Origin: Deltaproteobacteria bacterium
GTDB taxonomy: Bacteria; Desulfobacterota; Desulfobacteria; Desulfobacterales; C00003060
Assembly: GCA_003647275.1 (NCBI GenBank)
Contig: QMMN01000002.1
Coordinates: 21,726 to 85,725 of the forward strand
Reading direction: 5' to 3'
Length of the DNA: 64,000 bases
This document shows positions 1 to 10,300 of the stretch, in pieces (positions within the stretch are counted from its first letter, which is position 1; the number at the start of each line of letters is the position of its first letter). The notes beneath the pieces are model-generated. The model was not told the origin of the DNA. It saw nothing but the letters and a program-made list of their open reading frames with translations, and did no database searches. A program made the position numbers and the translations under genes.

Positions 1-597
1 TTGCACAAAGAAGCGATCAAAAGCATGCCTGAATACCATGTCCCCTATTTTAGATTAGGCGAAAGTTTATTCAGGCATGGTAAGACAGAGGCCATTTACT
101 ACCTGGATCATGCCAATAGGTTGTGTGCGGCTTCTCTTCGAACTAAACTCCTCTTGGGCCTGGCATTTTTGAACAGGGATAAGCAAGCAGCTTACCGTTA
201 TTTCAAAGATGCCCTGGAAGTGTCTCCCATGTATGCCCCGGCCTGGGACGCGCTTGGGAGAATGCAGGAAGAATCTGGAGATTACGGAAAAGCCATCGAG
301 TTCTTTAATCTTGCGTTAAAGGCCAATCCCTTTTATGGGTTGGCATCGCTGGGTTTAGGCCGGGCCTATTTGGCGATGGGAAAATTGAACGAGGCCCTTA
401 AAGCCTTACACATAGCAGATGATATCTTACCCAACCATGTGGAATCGAGATTACAACTGACAAAACTCTTTTTGAAAATTGAAAAGTTTGAAGAGGCAGT
501 ATGTCAATGTAAAAGAATACTCGGAGAAGATCCCCAAAACAATGCTGCACAAAAACTTCTTGCTGAAATTAGCGATCGATATGTGGCAAGCGTATAA
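1..597 (+). CDS. TPR-repeat protein, C-terminal part (ORF open at the 5' window edge)
   Basis: The frame is open from base 1 to the stop at 595-597. The translation is a run of TPR-like units (AWDALGRMQEESGDYGKAIEFFNLALKANP; GLASLGLGRAYLAMGKLNEALKAL; LQLTKLFLKIEKFEEAVCQCKRILGEDP). It may be the tail of another GT-TPR protein like those downstream. Confidence 0.7.
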   Translation: MHKEAIKSMPEYHVPYFRLGESLFRHGKTEAIYYLDHANRLCAASLRTKLLLGLAFLNRDKQAAYRYFKDALEVSPMYAPAWDALGRMQEESGDYGKAIEFFNLALKANPFYGLASLGLGRAYLAMGKLNEALKALHIADDILPNHVESRLQLTKLFLKIEKFEEAVCQCKRILGEDPQNNAAQKLLAEISDRYVASV

Positions 598-756
598 AAT
601 TCTTCTCAAGAGGCTCCAACATAGAAGAAAACACAAATAAGTGGTGGAACGGACGGCGGAGAGCCTTTTGCTAAGGGCTATCAGATAAACTTAAATTTGG
701 TGCGAGCATAAGCGATCCTCGATTTTTCCTATCAACCATAATAATTTTGAAACCAC

Positions 757-1641
757 GTGGGAGACATTATGAAGACGGTTCTTAAAGCCGAAGTCATAGA
801 TGGTATTCGGACTTTGTCGGTCGATAGCCAACACCCCATTGATAAGGCAATTCCAGAGATAAACCATGTGGATGCTTTTTTGGCCAGCCAGATGCCTCAA
901 GAACTGAAAGAGCAGATTCTTCAGATACCCAGTGAACTTAACATATATCTTTCGGCAATATTTGAGGTCATGCTATACACCAAAAAAAGTTTTGCTGAAT
1001 TGATCGACCTCGTAAAAGTTGAGGTCCCAGTGGAAAGGGATTGGAATTCTGTTCATCCAGACCCGGATGATCAAGAGTCCCTTGATGATTTTTACAAAAA
1101 GACTGAGGCATTTATCTACGATGGCATGGCCAATCATACCTCTCCCCCTACAATGGCTACCTTAGGAGAAGTAGTGCGGATATGCCTCCACTTTGGATTG
1201 AAAGAAATGCTGGACTGGGGGGCCGGAGTGGGGACCCTGACAATTCTTTTGAACAAATACGGGATACAAACACATCATGTAGACTTGCCTGGCAAGACCC
1301 TTGAATTTGCACGATGGCGATATCGTCTTCGTGCCATGGATGTTAACGTTATCCCTTTGCCTCACCTCTTTACAACAGAAAGTGTGGATGGCATTGTCTG
1401 CCTTGAAGTGGTGGAACATGTAAAAGAGCCTGTTGAAATGCTCAAAAAGTTACATCGTATTATAAGGCCTGGAGGCATCCTGATATGTTCTGAGTCGTGC
1501 GCTCAACTTGAATATTCATCGCATTTGAAAACAAATGCTTCATTTTCCGGAGAGGCTTTCATTGAGAAAATGAATCAGATTGGTTTCCAACTGATACCGG
1601 AGTTTTCCCGGTTTTACCCCAAGACATATCAGAGAATCTAA
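757..1641 (+). CDS. Class I SAM-dependent methyltransferase
   Basis: 294-aa ORF with SAM-binding motif I (LDWGAGVGTLT), an acidic loop (HHVDL) and downstream motifs (VCLEVVEHVKEP, LHRIIRPGGILI). The start is either GTG 757 or ATG 769. Confidence 0.8.
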   Translation: MGDIMKTVLKAEVIDGIRTLSVDSQHPIDKAIPEINHVDAFLASQMPQELKEQILQIPSELNIYLSAIFEVMLYTKKSFAELIDLVKVEVPVERDWNSVHPDPDDQESLDDFYKKTEAFIYDGMANHTSPPTMATLGEVVRICLHFGLKEMLDWGAGVGTLTILLNKYGIQTHHVDLPGKTLEFARWRYRLRAMDVNVIPLPHLFTTESVDGIVCLEVVEHVKEPVEMLKKLHRIIRPGGILICSESCAQLEYSSHLKTNASFSGEAFIEKMNQIGFQLIPEFSRFYPKTYQRI

Positions 1642-1720
1642 TGATACCCATCTCAAAAAAGGCTCTTTAAAGCTTTTATGGCTGGACGACCGGGATAGCC
1701 CTCTTTCAAAAGAGGTTACG

Positions 1721-3472
1721 ATGCCGGGAAGATGGCCAGTTTGCAAAAACATCCCATCAAAGAAATCCATTGAGAAAGGAACAAGACGACCAATGCAGCA
1801 AAAACTTCCAGAACGTTTTTCCATGACCACCTTAGAGAAAAACTTGGCGGCCCTGATGCCTGTCAACGAGGATCTGGTTCGGCGTATATGTCTTCCAGTT
1901 GACGGGACCCATATCCATTTCTTACAAGGTGGAGAGGCCCGATACCAGAGACACCGCACCCTTTTACCTTTTGTTGTTGGTAAAGAAGATTTTCTCAGTA
2001 CCTTGGGCGATGCCAACATCGGAGAAAATATATTCCTTTTTGGCATTGGATTGGGTGAACAGCTTGATTATCTGCTAGAGCATTTCAAGGAGGCCGGAAT
2101 CACAGTTTGGGACCGTGATCCCTGGCTCGTCCGTCTGGTATTAATGCAAAGAGATTACAGTCAGTATATAGGTTCCGGACAACTGCAATTACATATGTGC
2201 GCGGATCTTTTTGGCATGCTTGATACGGTCAAAAGCGCTTCAGTCATATGTCATCCTTTCTTGCGCTCGGTTTACGAGAATGAATACAAGCTGGTTGAGG
2301 ATGGTGTGGGGAAAAAACGAGCCATCATCTGTTCAGGAGATCTTTTTGTGGATGATGTAGGTAAAATTCTTAGGGGGTTTGGCTACTCTCTTTACACCCT
2401 CGAGATCAAGAAGTTGGCTCTTGAAGAAATAGAGACGGCAATCCAGCGTTTTGATCCCAATATGATTATAGCCATTAACTATACAAATGGCCTGGCGGAG
2501 ATGTGCCATAGCCAAGGCGTTGACCTGATTTGCTGGGAGGTAGATCCTGCCGCAGACCGCCTTAAACCGTGTAATGCACCTACAGATCGAGCTTTCATCT
2601 TTACCTACAGAAAGGCCAATGTGAGGGCATTTATCCAGGCTGGATTCAAAAACGTCGAGTACCTACCTCTTGCATCCAATATTGAAAAAAGGTTTCCAGC
2701 AGAACTTTCATTAAAGGAAAAAGAGAGCTATGGCTCGTCATTATCATTTGTTGGATCTAGCATGATTGAACAGGCCAAATCCTTTCGGGATATCTTTCTT
2801 TCTCATTATAAGGCTTACTGTGGAGGATCTCCCAATGCGGTAGAAGAGGGAAATCGCCTGTTGGAAGAGATCCTGTCGGTCCAGCGGCAAGATCTTTCCA
2901 CTTATCGGATTCCCGATCTCTTGAGTCAGTATTTTTCAGACTTTATTAGTTACCTGTTTAATCTCCCGGGGGCGCATAATCCGTTCATGCTGGTCGGTGA
3001 GATTGCTGCAGCTGAGAAGCGGATCAACTACATCGCCAGTCTCGGTCGCCTGGGCCTTAATGTGTGGGGAGACCAGGGGTGGCGGATAACAGAGCAATAC
3101 GGAGTCAAATATATGGGAAGTGCGGGCCATACCTATGAGATCAATAAGATTTATAGCGCTTCCCTCGTCAATGTGGATATCAACAGGCTCTATCAGGCCG
3201 ATATTGTAACCATGCGGGTCTTTGATATTATGGCCTGTGGCGGGTTTGTCCTGGCCGAATACAGCCGTGATCTGGACGAGCTCTTTGAGATTGGGAAGGA
3301 GGTTGAAGCCTACCATACACTTGATGAATTACTCTCAAAGGCCTCCTATTATCTGGATCACAGGGGTGAGGCATTAGAAATCGCCGAGCGCGGCCGGGAA
3401 GCGGTGCGAAACAACCATACCATAGAAAAACGCGTCAAGTACATGTTGAGTGTGGCCATGAATAACCAATGA
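1721..3472 (+). CDS. Glycosyltransferase: Maf-type N-terminal domain fused to a CgeB/DUF3880-like GT domain
   Basis: The C-terminus (NRLYQADIVTMRVFDIMACGGFVLAEYSRDLDELFEIGKEVEAYHTLDELLSKASYYLDH..EIAERGREAV) matches the CgeB/YkvP-type Glyco_trans_1_2 pattern. The N-terminus (TLEKNLAALMPVNEDL ... FLFGIGLGEQLDYLLEHF..ITVWDRDPWLVRLVL) is visibly homologous to the N-terminus of the Maf protein at 4761-7031. The start is uncertain (ATG 1721, 1793 or 1823). Confidence 0.7.
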   Translation: MPGRWPVCKNIPSKKSIEKGTRRPMQQKLPERFSMTTLEKNLAALMPVNEDLVRRICLPVDGTHIHFLQGGEARYQRHRTLLPFVVGKEDFLSTLGDANIGENIFLFGIGLGEQLDYLLEHFKEAGITVWDRDPWLVRLVLMQRDYSQYIGSGQLQLHMCADLFGMLDTVKSASVICHPFLRSVYENEYKLVEDGVGKKRAIICSGDLFVDDVGKILRGFGYSLYTLEIKKLALEEIETAIQRFDPNMIIAINYTNGLAEMCHSQGVDLICWEVDPAADRLKPCNAPTDRAFIFTYRKANVRAFIQAGFKNVEYLPLASNIEKRFPAELSLKEKESYGSSLSFVGSSMIEQAKSFRDIFLSHYKAYCGGSPNAVEEGNRLLEEILSVQRQDLSTYRIPDLLSQYFSDFISYLFNLPGAHNPFMLVGEIAAAEKRINYIASLGRLGLNVWGDQGWRITEQYGVKYMGSAGHTYEINKIYSASLVNVDINRLYQADIVTMRVFDIMACGGFVLAEYSRDLDELFEIGKEVEAYHTLDELLSKASYYLDHRGEALEIAERGREAVRNNHTIEKRVKYMLSVAMNNQ

Positions 3473-3510
3473 GATTTAAAAACCCGCGTTAAAGCCATAC
3501 AACATGAGTT

Positions 3511-4728
3511 ATGAATATCCTTATCATCGGTAATGCCTATCCGCCTACCTATATGGGTGGTGAATCGGCCCATCTCTACAATCTGGCAACCAGTCTGAAA
3601 AAAAGGGGACACACGATTTTTGTGGCTCATCCGGCCGCCAGTACGGACGGCCGAACGAGCATCCGGTTGTCTCGCTCAGGCGAGGGGATCCATGTTTATC
3701 GGCTCTGTTTGCCTGCAGAAGATAGGGGGCTTGAAAGGCTAAATATCATGCTTATGGATATTTTTCAGGGTCTGCTTGAAAAAGGAGACGAGATAGACAT
3801 CATCCACTGCCATTCAAACAAGTTTTCATCAAGTATGGAGGTTCTGACGAAAAGATATTCTGTCCCGCTGGTTACAACCATTCACGCCGTCCACATAGCC
3901 ATGGTCCATGACTTGATTAAGAGGAAGGGTACTCCTGTGGATCCCCATGAACTGGCACTTTACACAGCAGACACAGAACGTCAGAAAGCTATCTGTGCTA
4001 AAAGTGCGAGGATTATCGCCATCAGCAGGGCCATGAACTCATTGGTCGTTAAATATTTTGACGCTGATCCTCAAAAAGTAAGGCATGTCTATAACGGCAT
4101 TAACTTTGATCGTTTAGCCAATTTTTCCGACCAGAGCCAAATGGAGGAAATCAAGAAACGACTCGGGATTGGCGACAGAACAGTGATCCTGTTTGCAGGT
4201 CGAGTTGAACCGGTCAAGGGAATTCAGCCTCTCGCTTCAGCCTGCAAGACCCTGTGCGAAAGGTATGACCAGATTGCCTTTATCTTTTTGGGCAATGGGA
4301 GTGCAGATACCTGGTTAAGGTCTTATTTGGCCGAATGCAGAAACGTATATTTTATTGACTGGCTGTCCTTTGATGGCGTGATACCCTACTATCATTTGGC
4401 AGATATCGCAGTCGTTCCTTCACTCATAGAACCCTTTGGCTTGGTGGTTATTGAGTCCATGGCCTGCTGTACATGCGTGATTTCATCCAATGCCGATGGC
4501 TTGGATGAGATCATTACTCATAACCTGAATGGCGTAAAGATTCCTCTGGTCGTGGATGAATACGGGGATCGAGATATCAGGGCAGAAGATATTTGCAGCG
4601 CCCTGGAAAGGGCTATTTGCGAGCCTGACTGGCGCCAGTCACTGGCTGACCAGGGTGTTATGAGGGCCAAGGAATTCACTCTGGATCACATGGCCGAGGA
4701 GGTAGAAAAAGTCTATTCAGAGCTTTGA
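3511..4728 (+). CDS. GT4-family (GT-B, glycosyl transferase group 1) glycosyltransferase
   Basis: N-terminus MNILIIGNAYPPTYMGGESAHLYNLATSLKKRGHTIFV. C-terminal EX7E region SLIEPFGLVVIESMACCTCVISSNADGLDEIITHNLNGVKI. Confidence 0.9.
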   Translation: MNILIIGNAYPPTYMGGESAHLYNLATSLKKRGHTIFVAHPAASTDGRTSIRLSRSGEGIHVYRLCLPAEDRGLERLNIMLMDIFQGLLEKGDEIDIIHCHSNKFSSSMEVLTKRYSVPLVTTIHAVHIAMVHDLIKRKGTPVDPHELALYTADTERQKAICAKSARIIAISRAMNSLVVKYFDADPQKVRHVYNGINFDRLANFSDQSQMEEIKKRLGIGDRTVILFAGRVEPVKGIQPLASACKTLCERYDQIAFIFLGNGSADTWLRSYLAECRNVYFIDWLSFDGVIPYYHLADIAVVPSLIEPFGLVVIESMACCTCVISSNADGLDEIITHNLNGVKIPLVVDEYGDRDIRAEDICSALERAICEPDWRQSLADQGVMRAKEFTLDHMAEEVEKVYSEL

Positions 4729-4760
4729 ACTGTACAAGTGAACGCATTCCCCATCCCGAT

Positions 4761-7031
4761 TTATTGGGACTCCAGGGAATCTTCAAAGATTTTGGATAAA
4801 CGCTGCTTCAGTCCCTCGGCTTCTGTGTCGTTCGGGAGTGAGCGGGCAAGTTCCCGGAACATCAGATATGCGTCAATGCGGGAAGCGGATTGGATAATTC
4901 CCCGCGCTTTCTTTATGAGGTCTCTTTTTTCCTCCTCTATATAAGTAAGAACGAGCCGTCGTTTTTTCCCTGCTTTGGCATCCAGTCTTGCTCCTTCAAG
5001 CAGGCTGGTCGCTTCTGACAACAGTCCCATTCTTGCCTTGAGTTTGGCCATGAGGAGGCGGATTTCAAAACCATTGTCCGGGATGATGTTATCAAGCTCC
5101 ATGGCGGCTTCATGGTGAAGGCCATTATCTGACAAGAAATAGATGTAAGAGATACGTTCAACCAGTTTCTCATCTTGCGACGTTTGATCCATGCCTTTGC
5201 CCACCCTTGCCATTTCCATTTGTTGTTCAGAAATTCGTTCCAGAATTTTTTCCGATTCAGTTTTCATTTTTGTAAAGGCCTCAAGATTTTTTCTGATTTC
5301 AGCACTCAGACGCCGCCCTGGTTCCGAGATAGATGCGATCTTTTGAGTCTCACGCTTGAGTTTGAACCAGATGGAAGACATATATTGATTTAGCAATGGG
5401 TTTTGAACCAAAAAATCCTGTATCTCCTTCCCGTCCTGATTGATTTGGTTTGCCAGTCCCTGGTCTATCTGGCCCCTCTTGAGCCTTTTGTCAAATTCTT
5501 CTAACGCCTTAATGCCGCGAGAGCAAATTTCCATTGTCTTTTGGAAGACCTTGGATAAGGCTTTCATACTGGATACAGGAAGCTTCTCTCTAACGGTCTC
5601 CAGAGATAAAGACGCAGATGGCAGCTTCTTTGAAAGGTCAGGCAGATTTTTACAGACCTCATCTATGTCCATTTCTAAAGTCCCCTCGATACGAGCGCCT
5701 GACAAAGTCGCGTTGATCGGTCTTGCTTCCGAGCATTTGATGTGCCACTCAAGGTGACGTTTAATATCTGAAAGGTGGGGAAAGGTCCTGACTATTGTAT
5801 TATGCATGCCAGGGGCCTTGATTAAACGAGGATCATCGGGCTCAAGGTGCCTCCTGAAGTGGTGCCCGTTAGCATGGGTAACATTGTCCACGGCCAGATC
5901 AAGTCCGATCAGGATAATGGGATCTGCCTCCAAGTAAACAGCCAGATTAAAGGCAAAAACGGCCACAGAGGTTCCTGTGCTTAAGGAGAGTCGGTGGTGC
6001 TTGTGGGAAGGAAGCATAGGGTAAAGTGCTTTTTGAGGTACGGCAAAACAAGGCCCAAGGTATTTTTTGACGAATTTAGGATGGGAGGAGGAAGAAAAAA
6101 TCAGCGGGGTCTGCTGGGCAAATCGGGTATGTTTTAGCATACCAAAAGACTCAATATTCTTATCAGATGTCAAGACGAAGTCTGCTGCAATGCCATTGGA
6201 TAGTAGGTTCCTCCAGGAGGCAGCAAATGCGAAAACAAACATCTTTTTTTGCGCCTGGCTTATTTTTTCCATGGACCGATCCAACGAGGGGCCAGGGCCT
6301 ACCAGAAGGACAGGCTTGCCCTTGACTAGAGATTTGAGTATTTCCACACCGGGCACCAGAGATACAATGATGGTGTTTTCGATCTCATTTTGAATTGAGG
6401 TCCTGCCAATTAGGGTGGCATTTTTTATCAGTACATTCGCATAACGATAGGCCTCCTCTATTTGTTTGCCCCATTTTTTATATTCAATGGATATCGCCTC
6501 GCTTCTGGGATCCACAATAACTTTAATTTTCTTATGTAGAAGCCCTTTGCTGAGGAGATGCAGAAAAAGATTCTCAATGGCCTTTTGGTCGGGCTTTACA
6601 ATGTGCAGGTTATCAGTTCTGATGGGCTCGACAAGGTCCACTTGGTGCAATGCCAGCTTAAGCAGCCAAGGATTTGGCTCCAGGACCATGATATGATGTC
6701 CATGGGCCATCTTTTGAAGAATTGCACTGACAGTATATCCCAGACCCATTCCCACCAGACAGGTCATACTACCGCTTGAAAGGTCCATGCCATGAATGAC
6801 CGAAAACTCTGCTTCAACAGAGGGGGATCTCTCATAATAGAGAACCTGGTTTCCGGATGATAGCCGAATCAGGAGATTAGCTGAACCGTCGTTGGTTGGC
6901 AGGGGGCTTATACCTGGGTCCGCTTGGGCGCCATCAAGCCAGGTGTGCAATTCCGGGTTAAGATCGAAGAGCGCCTCCATGTTCTTTTTAAAGATATGGC
7001 TGCCTTCGAGAGGTAGTTTTTGTTTTAACAT
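4761..7031 (-). CDS. maf: Motility accessory factor (Maf, DUF115/MptE-like) putative flagellin glycosyltransferase with a long helical C-terminal extension
   Basis: 756-aa ORF. DUF115 core motifs are VLLVGPGPSLDRS, FVLTSDKN and GTSVAVFAFNLAVYLEADPIILIGLDLA. N-terminus FKKNMEALFDLNPELHTWL. It lies next to the flagellin locus, convergent with the GT4 gene and divergent from the 1416-aa GT gene. Confidence 0.8.
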   Translation of the reverse strand: MLKQKLPLEGSHIFKKNMEALFDLNPELHTWLDGAQADPGISPLPTNDGSANLLIRLSSGNQVLYYERSPSVEAEFSVIHGMDLSSGSMTCLVGMGLGYTVSAILQKMAHGHHIMVLEPNPWLLKLALHQVDLVEPIRTDNLHIVKPDQKAIENLFLHLLSKGLLHKKIKVIVDPRSEAISIEYKKWGKQIEEAYRYANVLIKNATLIGRTSIQNEIENTIIVSLVPGVEILKSLVKGKPVLLVGPGPSLDRSMEKISQAQKKMFVFAFAASWRNLLSNGIAADFVLTSDKNIESFGMLKHTRFAQQTPLIFSSSSHPKFVKKYLGPCFAVPQKALYPMLPSHKHHRLSLSTGTSVAVFAFNLAVYLEADPIILIGLDLAVDNVTHANGHHFRRHLEPDDPRLIKAPGMHNTIVRTFPHLSDIKRHLEWHIKCSEARPINATLSGARIEGTLEMDIDEVCKNLPDLSKKLPSASLSLETVREKLPVSSMKALSKVFQKTMEICSRGIKALEEFDKRLKRGQIDQGLANQINQDGKEIQDFLVQNPLLNQYMSSIWFKLKRETQKIASISEPGRRLSAEIRKNLEAFTKMKTESEKILERISEQQMEMARVGKGMDQTSQDEKLVERISYIYFLSDNGLHHEAAMELDNIIPDNGFEIRLLMAKLKARMGLLSEATSLLEGARLDAKAGKKRRLVLTYIEEEKRDLIKKARGIIQSASRIDAYLMFRELARSLPNDTEAEGLKQRLSKIFEDSLESQ

Positions 7032-7288
7032 AATTCTAAAAATATCACAAAAAAAAGCTCATTACCATTTAATTTTTCATAACTGTTATTTTTTCGATCC
7101 TATGTAGTCATGCGTGGGCCGATACTGAGGGCAGGAAATCAGGCCGATTGGTGAGATCAGAGATCTCCCTTGCCCCATGAAAAGATGAAACTACTTCATG
7201 GGAATGGACTCAAGTTTTACTGAAGTGCGAAAGTGAGTATAATCTCGTGTCGAATCCGTTTTGTAGGATGATCACCTTACTGTTTTTT

Positions 7289-7304
7289 TGGCATAATTAT
7301 TGCC
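7289..7304 (+). promoter_or_regulatory. Sigma-54 (-24/-12) promoter candidate upstream of the 1416-aa GT gene
   Basis: TGGCATAATTATTGCC has GG at 7290-7291 and GC at 7302-7303, the canonical spacing of TGGCAC-N5-TTGC. It lies about 37 bp upstream of ATG 7341. Confidence 0.6.
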
Positions 7305-7340
7305 TTAGCATTCTGATATTCAATAGCACAAAAGGTTCCC

Positions 7341-10300
7341 ATGCAACAACAGTTTCAGCAAATAATAACTGCCATTCATAAGAAAAGATGGTCCTTTCAA
7401 CCTTTAACCAAAAAGGAGCTCGTATTTCTTTTGGCAGATTGTATCCTGGATAGACGGCTCTTTTCCTCGCCCAACTGGAACTGGCGCTATGGTGGGGTCA
7501 GATACATCCCGGATAAACAGACCGATCCAGAGCCTTCAAAAATACTGGTTTTGCAATGGCCTGGGACATTGGGCGATGTGGCCATGAGCGCTCCGGTATT
7601 CTCCATATTAAGGCAAAAATATCCCCATGCAGAAATCTCCTTTTTATCTGGCAAAACAGCTCAGTATATCTTTATGGGCAACCCTGACATAGATGTTTTG
7701 ATGGACAATCCTCTTGACCCTTATTTAGAGAAGGTTATGCATGGGCGTTCCATTGACCTTGAGGCCCTGTTGAGAGACATCTCCAGCCTTGTCGAATTAT
7801 TGACAAAAAACGAATATATTCTCCTGGTCAATCTTCAGGTTTTGCCCATGTCGGCTGTCCTGGCTAAGCTGTCTGGAGCCAAGCATACGATCGGAATGAC
7901 CCTGACGCCCGATGGGATGCCTGTTATCCACGGAAATATCTGGGCGGCTTATCTATTTGGGGTTTCCGCAAGCCTCATGAGGAGATATAACCTGCTCCAC
8001 CGTACAGAGATCTTTAACCTGATGATTGATGAACAGGGGAGGTTTATACCTGACTCCACGCTTTACATCAATCATGAAGCGGCGGAGAATGTTCAGGCAT
8101 TTTTTGACCACCACAGGATAAAAGATGAAGATCTTGTGGTGGGCATCAATCCCATGGCCGGGACCCCGATCAGAAAGTGGGGGCATTACGATCAGTTGGC
8201 CAAAAGAATCAAAGATGAATTAGGAGCCAAGGTGATCGTCTTCGGGGCAAAGGCTGAAGAAGATAAGGTTGATGAAATTGTCCGAAGAGCAGGAAAAGAT
8301 GTTATCAAAGCCACACAGTTCAATTTACAGGAGCTGATGGCGGCCATCTGCGGTTGTGATCTCTTCATCACCAATGATACCGGCCCCATGCATTTGGCAT
8401 GTTTGCTTAAACGCAAAGTCATAGCCCTTTTCGGGCCAACGTCCTTTCAAGAAGTAGGGCCTTGGCAGACCGAATTCCACGTACTTCAGTCATCACTGTG
8501 CCGGGATTGCTACAAACAGGTGTGTCCCTATCCTGAAAAATACTGCATGAACCAGATAAAGTTGGAAGATGTTTTCAAGGTCGTGGAGAAGGTCGTGAAA
8601 GGCGAGCTTGTTGCTGACATTGGGGACCATCTAATTTATCGGTCGTCAAAGGATATAGATCCCCGTGAGGCTGAGGATGCGTTTCTTGGGCAGATGATTT
8701 TTCAAGTGTTCAAAGTAAAAGGCCAAGGCATAGAAAGGGCTCCGGAAAGACCCCCAGAGGCTTTTAGGGAGACCGAGGGGCTCATGAAGGAATACAGCCA
8801 TGTCAAGAGCATGGTTAAAAAGGCAATCAACTACTTCAATATGCCGGCATCCGTCAATCTACAAAAGCTCCAGGAGATCCATCAGTCTATCGAGAGTGTT
8901 GATGAGATTTTAAAACCCATCGTGGTGATCAATGCGCTTGAATTTTTGGACAGAAGGATTCCCTTAAAAGAAAACCTTGATGCCTATCGCAACTTCTATG
9001 ACAGTCTTCTCAAGGACCTTGAGATCATGATGAGTTGCATCAGTGCGCAACCCAAAAAGGCGGTCAGATTTGGTCAAGACGAGAAAAGAGGACAAGCCAC
9101 ATTGCCAATGGACGACAATAAAGATTCCATTCCTATGATTGCGGAGATTCATCACCATCCTTTGATTAGTGTGCACATGATCGTGTGGAACCAAGAGAAG
9201 TATATAGGCGATGCTATTAGAAGCGTATTAGATCAAACCTACCAAAACTATGAGCTGATCATTGTTGATGACGGGTCAACCGACAACACAAGACAAATCA
9301 TCGAAACTTTCAGATCCGATAAGATCAAATACCACCTTAAAGAACATAGTGGCGTTGTAGCATCAAGGAACTATGCCTGTGATAAATGTGCTGGTGATTA
9401 CATCGCATTCTTGGATTCAGATGACATGTACGAACCGACTATGCTTGAAAAAGAAGTAGCTACCTTATTGAGAAACCCTGACTTGGATGTGGTGTATACC
9501 AATCTTAAGATTATCGATGAAAACGGAAATGAAACAGGAGCCGTATGGACATACAAAGACTATGAGTCCCAAGAATTGATACCAGCTCTCTTTCGTGCTG
9601 GTCAAAATATTACGCCCTTCCCCTCGATGATGGTGACAAAGAGAATCTCAGATAAAGCGGGAGGGTTTGATTCAGATTTTATAATTAACGAAGACAGCGT
9701 TTATACTGCGAAGTTGGCAAAACACGGGAAATTTAAGCATATCAATCTTCCCCTTTATAAGTATCGTCGCCATGGTTCTAACATCTCCCACCGAAGAAGC
9801 AGTTTAAAAGAGAGATCGGCAAGCACCGCTTTGATGCTTACAAAAATGCTGGAAATGTTTTCAAAGGAAGAAATTTTTCCGGAAATTCACTGGGCTGCCA
9901 TGCCCGATAAAGCAAAAGAGGCAGAATTCAACTTCCAGGTGGCCAGGGTATTCTGGGAACATTGCAAGGCCTATTTAACACATGAATGTCATCATAACCT
10001 ATTGGAAGGAGCGAATACATTTTTGGGCAAATGCCTGACAGTCGATCCGACCCACAGAGGCGGGATCAATCTCGCCAAGGAGTTAAATTCATTGTCTGAG
10101 ACAATTCAGGATAGAAGTGGAGAGGCTCCGACCAAAGTTGAGGAGAAGGTTGAATCCACAAAACACAAACTAAGGATTCTTTACCTTGCAGACTGCCGAA
10201 GTCAACACACAAAAAGGTATGTGTGCTTTTTCAAGGACCGGGGCCATGAGGTCCATATCTTTGACACTTCCGAGCATGGGGAGGGCCTGGAGGGTATTCA

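Noticed and set aside
697-716. Sigma-54-like strings TGGTGCGAGCATAAGC (about 699, upstream of the methyltransferase), CGGCACAATATTTTCA (about 14148) and TGGTAGCTCGAAAGCT (44932).
   Set aside because: The first has GG-to-GC spacing off by one. The second lacks the invariant GC (it has TC). The third keeps only GG/GC with poor flanks and lies about 490 bp from the next gene. None is strong enough to report as a promoter.
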